Program-made: the position numbers and the translations under genes | Origin: Marispirochaeta sp. | Lineage (GTDB): Bacteria; Spirochaetota; Spirochaetia; JC444; Marispirochaetaceae | Length of the DNA stretch: 64,000 nt | Assembly (NCBI GenBank): GCA_963676835.2 | Contig: CAXXFF010000004.1 | Span: 64,001-128,000 of the forward strand | Direction: 5' to 3' | In this document: positions 1 to 8,563 of the stretch, piece by piece | Layout: the number at the start of each line of letters is the position of its first letter | Position numbering within the stretch: the stretch's first letter is position 1 | Notes under the pieces: generated by a model | Seen by the model: the letters and a program-made list of their open reading frames with translations, nothing else | What the model was told of the DNA's origin: nothing | Databases searched by the model: none

Positions 1-443
1 ATGGAATCACGGGCATTTTCCAGCTCAGCGCATAGATCCTCAAAGAAGTCCTCTCCCTCGAAAAAGGGGGTTATGTGATTATTCAGGGTGATTATGGATT
101 TGCCGGCCTGGAGAGCAAGGTTGATAGATTTGGCCATATCATTGTCGATCTTCTCCCAGTCATCCTTCAGAAAGTCCACCTGCTGACGCAGAATGGGCCC
201 GAGAAGGTCCTGAAAGGTTTTCTCCGGAAGCATCTTCATAATTTTCCGACGCTTCCAGTTGACGCCTCCCAGGAGATACATAACCGCACCGGCATAGGGA
301 AGAAAATATATGGCCAGAAGCCAGGCTATAGAGACCTCCGGAGCTTTATTATCCAGAAGAATTCTGATGGTAAGAACGACAACAAAGGCGATATATAAAA
401 ATAACAAAACAGATGCGGAGGTAAATAAACCTAAAACCGTCAT
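1..443 (-). CDS. cls: Cardiolipin synthase, N-terminal part (runs off the left edge)
   Basis: Not in the ORF track. Translated by hand from ATG 443 (RBS GGGAGAG): MTVLGLFTSASVLLFLYIAFVVVLTIRILLDNKAPEVSIAWLLAIYFLPYAGAVMYLLGG...TLNNHITPFFEGEDFFEDLCAELENARDSI. This is the PLDc_N two-TM motif followed by the start of the first PLD domain. Confidence 0.85.
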   Translation of the reverse strand, partial: MTVLGLFTSASVLLFLYIAFVVVLTIRILLDNKAPEVSIAWLLAIYFLPYAGAVMYLLGGVNWKRRKIMKMLPEKTFQDLLGPILRQQVDFLKDDWEKIDNDMAKSINLALQAGKSIITLNNHITPFFEGEDFFEDLCAELENARDS

Positions 444-537
444 GCCATCTCTCCCTGCGCTATTGTACCATCATGACCTGCCCATGGACACTATATTTCT
501 TTTGACAAGATACTGCCAGTACAGGCATACTTTATTC

Positions 538-1053
538 ATGGTGCGAATCGACAAGCTGGATATACAAGACCGCAACCCTCTCTACATGTCCAGCCACCCC
601 CTGGATGGGGTAGAGCAGACAAGCAGATTTCAGACCCGTCTTGATGAGTTTATTTTTACCCTGGGAAGCATGAATATCCGTCTGGTTACAGTACTGCTGC
701 CCACCCCGGAAATGGATCGAACCTACGGGGGCATAGATCTCTTGAAAACCTACCGCAATGCCGGCCTGGATGTGATCCATTATCCCCTTGAAAACTTCAG
801 TACCCCGGACAGCATGGAACCCTTCGATCTTCTGATGGACCAGCTCAGCGAGCGCCTCATTTCAGAAAGTATCCTTATTCACTGCCAGACCGGCTGCGGT
901 AGAACCGCAGTTGTCGCTGCCGGGGTTCTTATCAAGCTGGGAGAATCCGCGCCGAAAGCAATCAGCAGAGTCCACGAAGCCCGTCCTAGCCTGAAACCGA
1001 CCATCAATCAGATTCATTTTTTAAGAAATTACAGTAAAAATCCTGCAGCTTAG
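538..1053 (+). CDS. CX5R dual-specificity/protein-tyrosine phosphatase family protein (CDKN3-like)
   Basis: HCQTGCGRT P-loop, HYPLENFSTP loop and C-terminal ARP...TINQIHF motif. Start moved to ATG 538 because the upstream part of the ORF overlaps cls. Confidence 0.8.
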   Translation: MVRIDKLDIQDRNPLYMSSHPLDGVEQTSRFQTRLDEFIFTLGSMNIRLVTVLLPTPEMDRTYGGIDLLKTYRNAGLDVIHYPLENFSTPDSMEPFDLLMDQLSERLISESILIHCQTGCGRTAVVAAGVLIKLGESAPKAISRVHEARPSLKPTINQIHFLRNYSKNPAA

Positions 1054-1113
1054 GGAATCTCCGCCCTTGACGCTATATATATTTATATCTATATATAGAA
1101 TGCCGGAGGCACC

Positions 1114-1710
1114 ATGAAGCTTAAGCAGAGCAAAAGATTTCTTGCCCTTATTACCTTTGTCTATTTTCTACTTCCTTTTATCCATATCGGTCTCGCTCTT
1201 GCGGGCCTCGTCTGTATGGCTTTTCCCTTTATTCTGCTCTACCGCCACAATCGCTTAAGCTGGTGTTGCTCCTATTGTCCGAGGGCTCAGCTGCTCTCCT
1301 CTATCCGCATCCGCAAAACACTTCCCTCGGTACCGGAAATGCTGAAAAAAGAAAAAGGCGCAAAGATTCGGGGTATGGTGCTGAATTATTTTTGCCTGAA
1401 CCTGATGTTTATACTTGTCTCATCCGTTATGGTTGCAGCAGGGTCCATGGCTCCCATAGACAGGATTCGCCTGTTCATTGTATTTGAACTTCCTTTTCAT
1501 ATTCCCCAGCTGTTAAGCAGCCCGGTTCTGCCGCCTGTGCTGCTCCATCTCTCCTACAGAATCTATTCCATCATGACCAGCTCCCTTATTGCAGGCATTG
1601 CCCTCGCCCTGCTGTACCGGCCAAGAACATGGTGCGCGGTCTGTCCGGTAAATACCCTCTCAAAACGTATACTGGAGATAAAACTCCTACACGAGGGTGC
1701 GCATAAGTAA
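1114..1710 (+). CDS. Membrane 4Fe-4S binding protein (NapH/Fer4_5-like CxxxCP motifs)
   Basis: Several TM segments, with WCCSYCP and RTWCAVCP motifs; RBS GGAGG. Confidence 0.65.
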   Translation: MKLKQSKRFLALITFVYFLLPFIHIGLALAGLVCMAFPFILLYRHNRLSWCCSYCPRAQLLSSIRIRKTLPSVPEMLKKEKGAKIRGMVLNYFCLNLMFILVSSVMVAAGSMAPIDRIRLFIVFELPFHIPQLLSSPVLPPVLLHLSYRIYSIMTSSLIAGIALALLYRPRTWCAVCPVNTLSKRILEIKLLHEGAHK

Positions 1711-1861
1711 TTTTTTCCTACATTTTGGTCACCTCAATACACATACTTACCATAAATGTAACTAAAGCAATAATTATTACATTTTGGTAAACGTCGATAA
1801 TTTATTACCAATAAAAGAATTATAGAGTCTCTTCTTATGACTGTTTCATTTATGTACATAA

Positions 1862-1877
1862 TGGCATGAATATTGCT
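1862..1877 (+). promoter_or_regulatory. sigma54 (-24/-12) promoter of amtB-glnK
   Basis: TGGCAT-GAATA-TTGCT. Confidence 0.85.
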
Positions 1878-1909
1878 TGATTTTTAGCATCACAACTCTG
1901 GAGGAAATA

Positions 1910-3253
1910 GTGATTAAAAACTCAAGCAACGGCAGGATGAAAGCCCTCGTAGTCCTGCTTCTTATGGCTGTAACAGCAGGGGGATCCCTCTACGCCCAGT
2001 CCGCTGAAGACTGGGAAACAATCCGGGTAGGACTGGATACCGTATGGGTACTGCTGGCAGCATTTCTCGTGTTCTTTATGCAGGCCGGATTCGGCATGGT
2101 TGAAGCCGGATTTATCCGGGCAAAAAATACAGCAAACATCCTTACCAAAAACTTCCTGGACTTCTGCATGGCGTCCATTGCCTTCTTCCTTGTTGGATAC
2201 GGGCTGATGTTCGGCGATGGTAACGGATTTCTCGGAATGACCGGTTTCTTTATGGTTGGTGCAGAAAGCGGCGCAGACGTGCCTCTTTATGCCTTCTGGC
2301 TCTTTCAGGCGGCATTTACCGGCGCCGCCGCAACCATCGTAGCCGGCGGTATGGCGGAACGGATGAAGTTCCCCGCGTATCTTATCTACTCGTTTATTAT
2401 CAGCGCAGTTGTATACCCCATTATCGGCCACTGGGTATGGGGCGGAGGCTGGCTTGCCTCCATGAACTTTGCAGACTTTGCCGGTTCAGGTGTAGTTCAT
2501 ACCACCGGAGGTGTTGCTGCCCTGGTAGGAACCATGATGCTTAAGCCCAGAATCGGTAAATACCGGGCAGACGGTGAGGCAAACGTTCTGGGAAGTCACA
2601 ACATTCCCATAGCCGCCCTGGGTGTATTTATTCTCTGGTTCGGCTGGTTCGGATTCAACCCCGGTTCAACCCTCGGTGTAGGCGATGGAACCGCCATCTC
2701 CCTGGTTGCCATCAATACCAACCTCGCAGCAGCAACCGGTGCTATCGCAGCCATGGTCACCGTTTGGATCAGAGTCGGCAAACCCGACCTCTCCATGATC
2801 ATGAACGGTGCGCTTGCAGGTCTGGTAGCCATCACAGCACCCTGTGCATTCGTTTCTCCGGTTTCCGCGATTATCATCGGTGGTATCGGCGGCGTTCTGG
2901 TTGTCTTTGCAACCTTCACCCTTGACGATCTGAAGATTGATGACCCGGTTGGTGCATTTCCCGTTCATGGCGTTAACGGTATCTGGGGAGTAATCGCTGT
3001 TGGTCTTTTCGGCCGTGAGGCACTTGGTCTTGCCGGCGAAGGACTCCTTTTCGGCGGCGGCTTTTCCCAGTTAGGCATACAGCTTCTCGGCGCAGTATCC
3101 ATTGCCGCCTTCTCTTTCACCGCTATGGGTCTGGTGTTCTTTGTAATCAAGAAAACCATCGGACTTCGGGTCAGTGAAGTTGAAGAGAGCCGGGGACTCG
3201 ACATCGGAGAACACGGTGTGGAATCCTACAATGGTTTCCAGATCATCGAGTAG
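1910..3253 (+). CDS. amtB: Ammonium transporter
   Basis: FMQAGFGMVEAG, DFAGSGVVH, LWFGWFGFNPGS and DDPVGAFPVHG motifs; GTG start after GGAGG. Confidence 0.97.
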   Translation: MIKNSSNGRMKALVVLLLMAVTAGGSLYAQSAEDWETIRVGLDTVWVLLAAFLVFFMQAGFGMVEAGFIRAKNTANILTKNFLDFCMASIAFFLVGYGLMFGDGNGFLGMTGFFMVGAESGADVPLYAFWLFQAAFTGAAATIVAGGMAERMKFPAYLIYSFIISAVVYPIIGHWVWGGGWLASMNFADFAGSGVVHTTGGVAALVGTMMLKPRIGKYRADGEANVLGSHNIPIAALGVFILWFGWFGFNPGSTLGVGDGTAISLVAINTNLAAATGAIAAMVTVWIRVGKPDLSMIMNGALAGLVAITAPCAFVSPVSAIIIGGIGGVLVVFATFTLDDLKIDDPVGAFPVHGVNGIWGVIAVGLFGREALGLAGEGLLFGGGFSQLGIQLLGAVSIAAFSFTAMGLVFFVIKKTIGLRVSEVEESRGLDIGEHGVESYNGFQIIE

Positions 3254-3265
3254 GGAGGCAGATAG

Positions 3266-3607
3266 ATGAAATTAGTAACAGCAATGATCAAACCCCAGAA
3301 ACTTGAAGACGTAAAGAAAGCACTCTTTGAGGCAGGGGTTCATAAGATGACAGTAACCTCAGTTCAGGGATGCGGCCAGCAGAGGGGCTACACAGAAACA
3401 TTCCGCGGAGCCATAACTGAAATCAATCTGCTGAAGAAAATCCGGCTGGACATCGCGGTTAACGAAGATTTCGTGGAAACTACCATCGACGCTATCTGTA
3501 ACGGTGCCTATACCGGAGAAATCGGCGACGGAAAGATCTTCGTCACAACTCTGGAAGAGTGTGTTCGCATAAGAACCCGGGAACGGGGTCACGACGCAAT
3601 CGGATAG
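3266..3607 (+). CDS. glnK: P-II nitrogen regulatory protein
   Basis: MIKPQKL..., [18 protein letters not shown] and RIRTRERG motifs; directly follows amtB. Confidence 0.93.
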   Translation: MKLVTAMIKPQKLEDVKKALFEAGVHKMTVTSVQGCGQQRGYTETFRGAITEINLLKKIRLDIAVNEDFVETTIDAICNGAYTGEIGDGKIFVTTLEECVRIRTRERGHDAIG

Positions 3608-3627
3608 TATTGTTTATACTCACTTTT

Positions 3628-3654
3628 GACCCGGGCTGCGGCCCGGGCTTTTTT
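3628..3654 (+). terminator. Intrinsic terminator of amtB-glnK
   Basis: CCCGGGC-TGCG-GCCCGGG followed by CTTTTTT. Confidence 0.85.
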
Positions 3655-3699
3655 ATGTTTGCACAATTTATTTTTGGATAGAGTAGCAAGGTGGCATCA

Positions 3700-3732
3700 C
3701 TGGAGTCTGGTTGTAAATCAACCAGACTCCAG
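3700..3732. repeat. Perfect 14-bp inverted repeat at the left edge of the AT-rich island
   Basis: CTGGAGTCTGGTTG-taaat-CAACCAGACTCCAG. Confidence 0.8.
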
Positions 3733-3821
3733 CTATACCGTATGAGGAGGCTTGCATTTTTTTACAAGCTCTAAAAACATGGAGCACTGATAGTTAAACG
3801 TTTCACCTATCGGCAAAAAAT

Positions 3822-4766
3822 TTACAGGCTTTCTTTTACAGCTTTGATAATAGCCTCGACAGTAATACCATAAGTTTGCTTAAGCTCCTCAGGCAAGCCT
3901 GATTGTGTATATTTACTCTCTACTGCTACTCTTTTCAACTTTATCGGATAAGTAGTTGCGGTAACCTCAGCAATCGCGGACCCTAATCCACCGTTATAAT
4001 AATGTTCTTCAACACTTACCAGAAACTTTGTCTTTTTTGCCAGATCAACTACCATATCTGTGTCAAATGGATTAAGCGAAGGCACATCGACCAAAGTAGT
4101 ATTAATACCTTCTTTTTGTAATTCCTCACAGGCGACAATAGATTCATACACAGGAAAACCAGTTGCAAAAATAACTGCATCATATCCAAATTCATGAATA
4201 ATATTGGATTTTCCTATCTCAAATTCGTACGTTTCTTCATCAAAAATTACCGGCGTAGAATCACGTCCGATACGTATATAAGCCGGACCATCATGTAAGG
4301 CCGCTGCTCGTACCGCTTTCCTGGTTGCAATTGCATCAGCTGGATTCAACAGACATACATTTGGAATAGATCGAATAATACCCAAATCTTCAAGCGCGGT
4401 ATGAGTAACGCCCTCTATTCCTGCAGAAAATCCACCCAGTCCTGCTACCACCTTAACATTAAGGTTTGGGTATGCCACAAAACTTCTCAACTGCTCCAAA
4501 CTTCTCATAGATGTAAACGCAGAGTAAGAAGCAGCAAAAACAATCTTGCCATCACTTGCCATACCTGCAGCTGTCATTATCATGTTTTGTTCCGCAATCC
4601 CTACATCCAGCGCTCTTTCCGGATAATCAGCATATAAGGCACTTATCCCCATAGATTTGGATGTATCTGCACCAATTCCATAAACATTAAATCCATCTCG
4701 TGCAAGTTGTAAAAGCTCTTCTCCAAAGGCTTCTCTTGTGTTTCTCATTTCTTGATTTTCAATCAT
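3822..4766 (-). CDS. Split transketolase, C-terminal (pyrimidine-binding) subunit
   Basis: TREAFGEEL, DVGIAEQNM, EGVTHTALED, GPAYIRIGR and VEEH...GGLGSA motifs. Confidence 0.92.
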   Translation of the reverse strand: MIENQEMRNTREAFGEELLQLARDGFNVYGIGADTSKSMGISALYADYPERALDVGIAEQNMIMTAAGMASDGKIVFAASYSAFTSMRSLEQLRSFVAYPNLNVKVVAGLGGFSAGIEGVTHTALEDLGIIRSIPNVCLLNPADAIATRKAVRAAALHDGPAYIRIGRDSTPVIFDEETYEFEIGKSNIIHEFGYDAVIFATGFPVYESIVACEELQKEGINTTLVDVPSLNPFDTDMVVDLAKKTKFLVSVEEHYYNGGLGSAIAEVTATTYPIKLKRVAVESKYTQSGLPEELKQTYGITVEAIIKAVKESL

Positions 4767-4767
4767 C

Positions 4768-5607
4768 CTATGCTCCTAACATTTTCAAGGCGCTATCATG
4801 TTCCTCTTTTGTGATGGAACGCTGATGCCAGGAATTATCGCCCTCCATAAAACTAACACCTTTGCCTTTAATGGTATGTGCAATAATCGCCTTTGGTCTC
4901 TCATTCTTATCCTGCTTAACCGCTTCAACTGTTGAAACTATCTCCGCCATGTCATGTCCATCTATCTCTACGACATCAAATCCAAATGCACCAAAACGAC
5001 TACCTATTGATTCACAGGGTAAAATATCATCACAGCTGCCAGAACTCTGCAAACTATTATTGTCAATTATTGCAACCAAATTATCTAGTTTATACTTTGA
5101 TGCACAGGCAGCCGACTCCCAGATTATTCCTTCATTTAATTCTCCGTCACCAATGACTACATACACTTGGGAATCTCGTTGATCCTTCTTAGCTGAGATG
5201 GCCATACCTACTCCCGCACCAAGCCCATTACCAAGCGAGCCGGCAGTCATATCAATTCCCGGCGTTTTTTTCATATCCGGATGCCCCTGTAGAATACTGC
5301 CAATATGTCTAATTTTTGAAAGGTAGCTACCAGAAAAGAATCCTAAATCCGCAAGAATAGCATATACAGACAAAATGCCATGACCTTTAGAAACGATAAC
5401 ACGATCACGATCTAGCCACTGAGGATTTGAAGGATCGACCTTTATACACTGGTAATATAAAGCTACCGCGATATCTGCATAAGACAGAGCAGGTCCTATA
5501 TGAATTTTTCTTTCAGGACCGGATTCATAACCGGCTGTAATACAGCTTCTACGTATTTCAACCGCTTTTGCTCTTAATAGTTCTAATTGAGATTCTTCAA
5601 TCTTCAT
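4768..5607 (-). CDS. Split transketolase, N-terminal (ThDP-binding) subunit
   Basis: DRDRVIVSKGH, LQGHP, GSLGNG, GDGELNEG...NN and HTIKGKG motifs; start at ATG 5607 after AAGGAGG. Confidence 0.92.
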   Translation of the reverse strand: MKIEESQLELLRAKAVEIRRSCITAGYESGPERKIHIGPALSYADIAVALYYQCIKVDPSNPQWLDRDRVIVSKGHGILSVYAILADLGFFSGSYLSKIRHIGSILQGHPDMKKTPGIDMTAGSLGNGLGAGVGMAISAKKDQRDSQVYVVIGDGELNEGIIWESAACASKYKLDNLVAIIDNNSLQSSGSCDDILPCESIGSRFGAFGFDVVEIDGHDMAEIVSTVEAVKQDKNERPKAIIAHTIKGKGVSFMEGDNSWHQRSITKEEHDSALKMLGA

Positions 5608-5627
5608 TATTTCCTCCTTAATCTGGA

Positions 5628-6905
5628 TCAATGAAAAAGTAAATTAGGTAAGAATGTAGTAAGTGGCGGAAAAACAATTTCTAAAAGCAATACAAAAAGT
5701 TCGCAAATCAGAAAGGGGATACATGCCGTAAAAGCTGTATGTACTTTTGTTTCAGCAATATAACTGGAAATAATAAGTGTTGTACCTACTGGAGGTGTAT
5801 ATAAACCTACTGCCAGAGAAGTTATCAGAACAAGTCCGTAATGAACAGGATCGATCCCGATACTAACAACCATCGGCGTAAAGACTGATCCAAGAAGTAT
5901 TAATGCAGGTGTCACATCAATAAACATTCCTACCAACAGACCTATACCAGAAATAAACAGTAATATTACAGTTTGGTGCTTAAGAACATCGACACTCCAT
6001 GCTGCAATAGCTTGAGGTATGAAATTATATGAAAGAAAATACGAAATGATTGAAGCCGTTGAAATAATCAGCAAGACAATTGATGTTTGTATACCTGTTT
6101 CAATAAAGATATTTTTTAGGTGTTTAAATTTTATTTCTTTATAGAAAAAAACACCAAATATAAAAGAATAGGCAACAGCAATAACAGCGGCCTCAGTAGG
6201 CGTAAATACACCAAAAATAATACCACCTATAATAAGCACCGGCATAATAACTGCTGGTATGCAATTTAATATTGTCAGCAAAGCTTCTTTTACAGTATAA
6301 CTTTCTTCAGATTTAGGATATTCCCGATGATAAGCAATTATCAATGACACACCAAGCATCGAAAGTCCCACAAGTAGACCTGGAAAAGCCCCTCCAAGAA
6401 AAAGATCTCGAATAGATATCGAAGCAGTAGCTCCAAGCAATACCATTGGGATACTAGGCGGTATTATTATTCCAATAGTAGAAGAGGTTGCGTTTATCGC
6501 TGCAGAATATTCACTGCTATATCCTTGCTTTTTCATCGCGGGAATAAGTATTGAGCCTATGCCAGAGGCATCAGCAACAGAAGAACCAGAAATTCCAGCA
6601 AAAACCATACTTGCCACAATTGAAACAGAGGCAAGGCCTCCACGCATAAACCCGACTAAAATATTTGAAAAATCCAGTAGTTTCTGAGTTAACCCACCAG
6701 TGTTCATTAAACTACCAGCAAGAATAAAAAACGGTATTGCCATTAAAGGAAAAGAATCCACACCGGCAAACATTCTCTGGATAAGTGCTGTAAGGGGTAT
6801 TGTCGACTGAAAATTCATGAGATAGAAACCGGCATAAGCCAGAACAAACGCAATAGGTAACCCCAAGAAAAGTAGACCAAAAACTATAACAAACGCCAAT
6901 ATCAT
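5628..6905 (-). CDS. dctM: TRAP transporter large permease
   Basis: AIPFFILAG, GISGSSVAD, IIPPSIPM, GVFTPTEAA and TPPVG motifs. Confidence 0.95.
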   Translation of the reverse strand: MILAFVIVFGLLFLGLPIAFVLAYAGFYLMNFQSTIPLTALIQRMFAGVDSFPLMAIPFFILAGSLMNTGGLTQKLLDFSNILVGFMRGGLASVSIVASMVFAGISGSSVADASGIGSILIPAMKKQGYSSEYSAAINATSSTIGIIIPPSIPMVLLGATASISIRDLFLGGAFPGLLVGLSMLGVSLIIAYHREYPKSEESYTVKEALLTILNCIPAVIMPVLIIGGIIFGVFTPTEAAVIAVAYSFIFGVFFYKEIKFKHLKNIFIETGIQTSIVLLIISTASIISYFLSYNFIPQAIAAWSVDVLKHQTVILLFISGIGLLVGMFIDVTPALILLGSVFTPMVVSIGIDPVHYGLVLITSLAVGLYTPPVGTTLIISSYIAETKVHTAFTACIPFLICELFVLLLEIVFPPLTTFLPNLLFH

Positions 6906-7426
6906 TCTGATGTACCTCCGGAGCTCAACAAGCTGTTCTTTTCATCGGAGTCAGCTTTTAATTCACTAATTACATTCTCTATCGTAAAAATTAAAATAAA
7001 AAAGAATCCAACAGGAATAGCTGCATAAATAAAACCCATTGGAATACTCAATGCACTGGAAAGCTGTTTCATTGTCTTGAAAACAATCTGAATACCAAAG
7101 TGAATTATCAACAGTGAAAGAATAATTGTAAGAGTACTAATAGTTAGCTTTAAAACTTTGAACATTGCAGCAGATCGCTGTAGCAGATAATGTGAAAATA
7201 TTTCTATCCCAAGATGGGCCTTACGACGATAGGCAATAGCGGATCCAATAAAAGCTGACCAGATCATTAAGTGTCTTGCAGCTTCTTCAGTCCAGGAAAG
7301 TGGCTTGTTTATCACAAATCGGAAGACTACCTGTGCAGCGATAAATATACACATGCCCCCCAAGGTAATCATTAGTATGAAGGTGCAGATTTTTTCAATT
7401 GCATCAAATAAAGGTTTGAGGTTCAT
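6902..7426 (-). CDS. dctQ: TRAP transporter small permease
   Basis: QVVFRF...WTEEAAR...H motif, 4 TM segments; start at ATG 7426 after GGAG. Confidence 0.92.
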   Translation of the reverse strand: MNLKPLFDAIEKICTFILMITLGGMCIFIAAQVVFRFVINKPLSWTEEAARHLMIWSAFIGSAIAYRRKAHLGIEIFSHYLLQRSAAMFKVLKLTISTLTIILSLLIIHFGIQIVFKTMKQLSSALSIPMGFIYAAIPVGFFFILIFTIENVISELKADSDEKNSLLSSGGTSE

Positions 7427-7450
7427 TTTTTCTCCCAAAATAGTTGAATG

Positions 7451-7480
7451 CTGAGAGAGTAGAAACATCTACCCTCTCAG
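7451..7480 (-). other. Intercistronic stem-loop after dctP (probable mRNA stabiliser or attenuator)
   Basis: CTGAGAG-AGTAGA-aaca-TCTACC-CTCTCAG. Confidence 0.6.
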
Positions 7481-7493
7481 TATGTCTCGGGAC

Positions 7494-8495
7494 TTAAAGT
7501 CCTTCCCCAGCCTTCACGATGTCCATATAAAGTTCTTCAAATCCTTCTACATCAAGAAACTTTTTATAAACATCTTTAGTCTTTTCACGCCAAGATGTAG
7601 TGTCAATTTCAGTTACAGTTGCATTGGGCCGAACTTTATTGAGATATTCCTGCTCGGAATCTACAACAATTTTATCATTGAAAGCTGCTGCTTTACTGGC
7701 TGCTTCATTAATCCATGCTTTCTGTTCCGAACTATAAGACTGATAGGCATCTTCACTTATGGTTAAAAACATAAATCCATAGAGGTGATTTGTTACAGCC
7801 AAATAAGGAGCGACTTCATAAAATTTGGACCCATAAATAAGTCCAATTGGATTCTCCTGTCCATCAATTGTTTTTGTCTGTAGAGCAGTAAAAACTTCCG
7901 GGAAAGCTAAAGGGGTTGGGTTCGCACCAAGAGCCTTCCAGAGTTCAACACGTGCCGGCATTTCTGGTACACGAATCTTAAGACCTTTGAGATCTTCAAT
8001 AGAATTCACAGGAACTGAAGTAGTAAGCAACCTGGGTGTACGCTGAAAAACAGCAACAATTCGTACTCCTACTTTATCAATGAGCCTTTTATTTATTTTT
8101 TCTAAAATAGGACCATCGCTAAATACCTTACGGACATGGTCCTGGTTCTTAAAAAGCAAGTCATACTCTACGATCATCATTGCCTTATCAAAGTTCTGAA
8201 GAATACCACTTACAACAGACATCTGAAGTGAACCAAGCTGCTGACCTTCGACAATGTCTCTTTCACCACCAGCCTGTCCCGCTGCAAGCACTTCACAACT
8301 CATTTTCCCACCGCTCACCTCTTTAAGATATTCACCAAATTGACGGGCGGCTTTTGTTTCAGGCACATCCTCGGCAGCGGTCAAACCGAGACGCATCATA
8401 ACTGAATCTTCGGAACCACTGTTCTCTTGTGAACCATTAGAAAAAGCGGACACACAAAAGAAAATAACCATAATTAATACAAATAGTTTCTTCAT
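7494..8495 (-). CDS. dctP: TRAP transporter substrate-binding protein
   Basis: Signal peptide; DLKGLKIRVP, ALGANPTPLAFPEVFTALQ and DGQENP motifs with the conserved carboxylate-binding Arg. Confidence 0.95.
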   Translation of the reverse strand: MKKLFVLIMVIFFCVSAFSNGSQENSGSEDSVMMRLGLTAAEDVPETKAARQFGEYLKEVSGGKMSCEVLAAGQAGGERDIVEGQQLGSLQMSVVSGILQNFDKAMMIVEYDLLFKNQDHVRKVFSDGPILEKINKRLIDKVGVRIVAVFQRTPRLLTTSVPVNSIEDLKGLKIRVPEMPARVELWKALGANPTPLAFPEVFTALQTKTIDGQENPIGLIYGSKFYEVAPYLAVTNHLYGFMFLTISEDAYQSYSSEQKAWINEAASKAAAFNDKIVVDSEQEYLNKVRPNATVTEIDTTSWREKTKDVYKKFLDVEGFEELYMDIVKAGEGL

Positions 8496-8563
8496 AATAC
8501 TCTCCTTATTTTTCTTAGAAAAAACATACTTTTTTAAAAATATTCTGCTTCCTCCTTTTCGAT

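Noticed and set aside
75..537. Plus-strand ORF 75..398 and the N-terminal extension of ORF 310..1053
   Set aside because: They are antisense shadows of the cls gene on the minus strand; a promoter directly precedes ATG 538.
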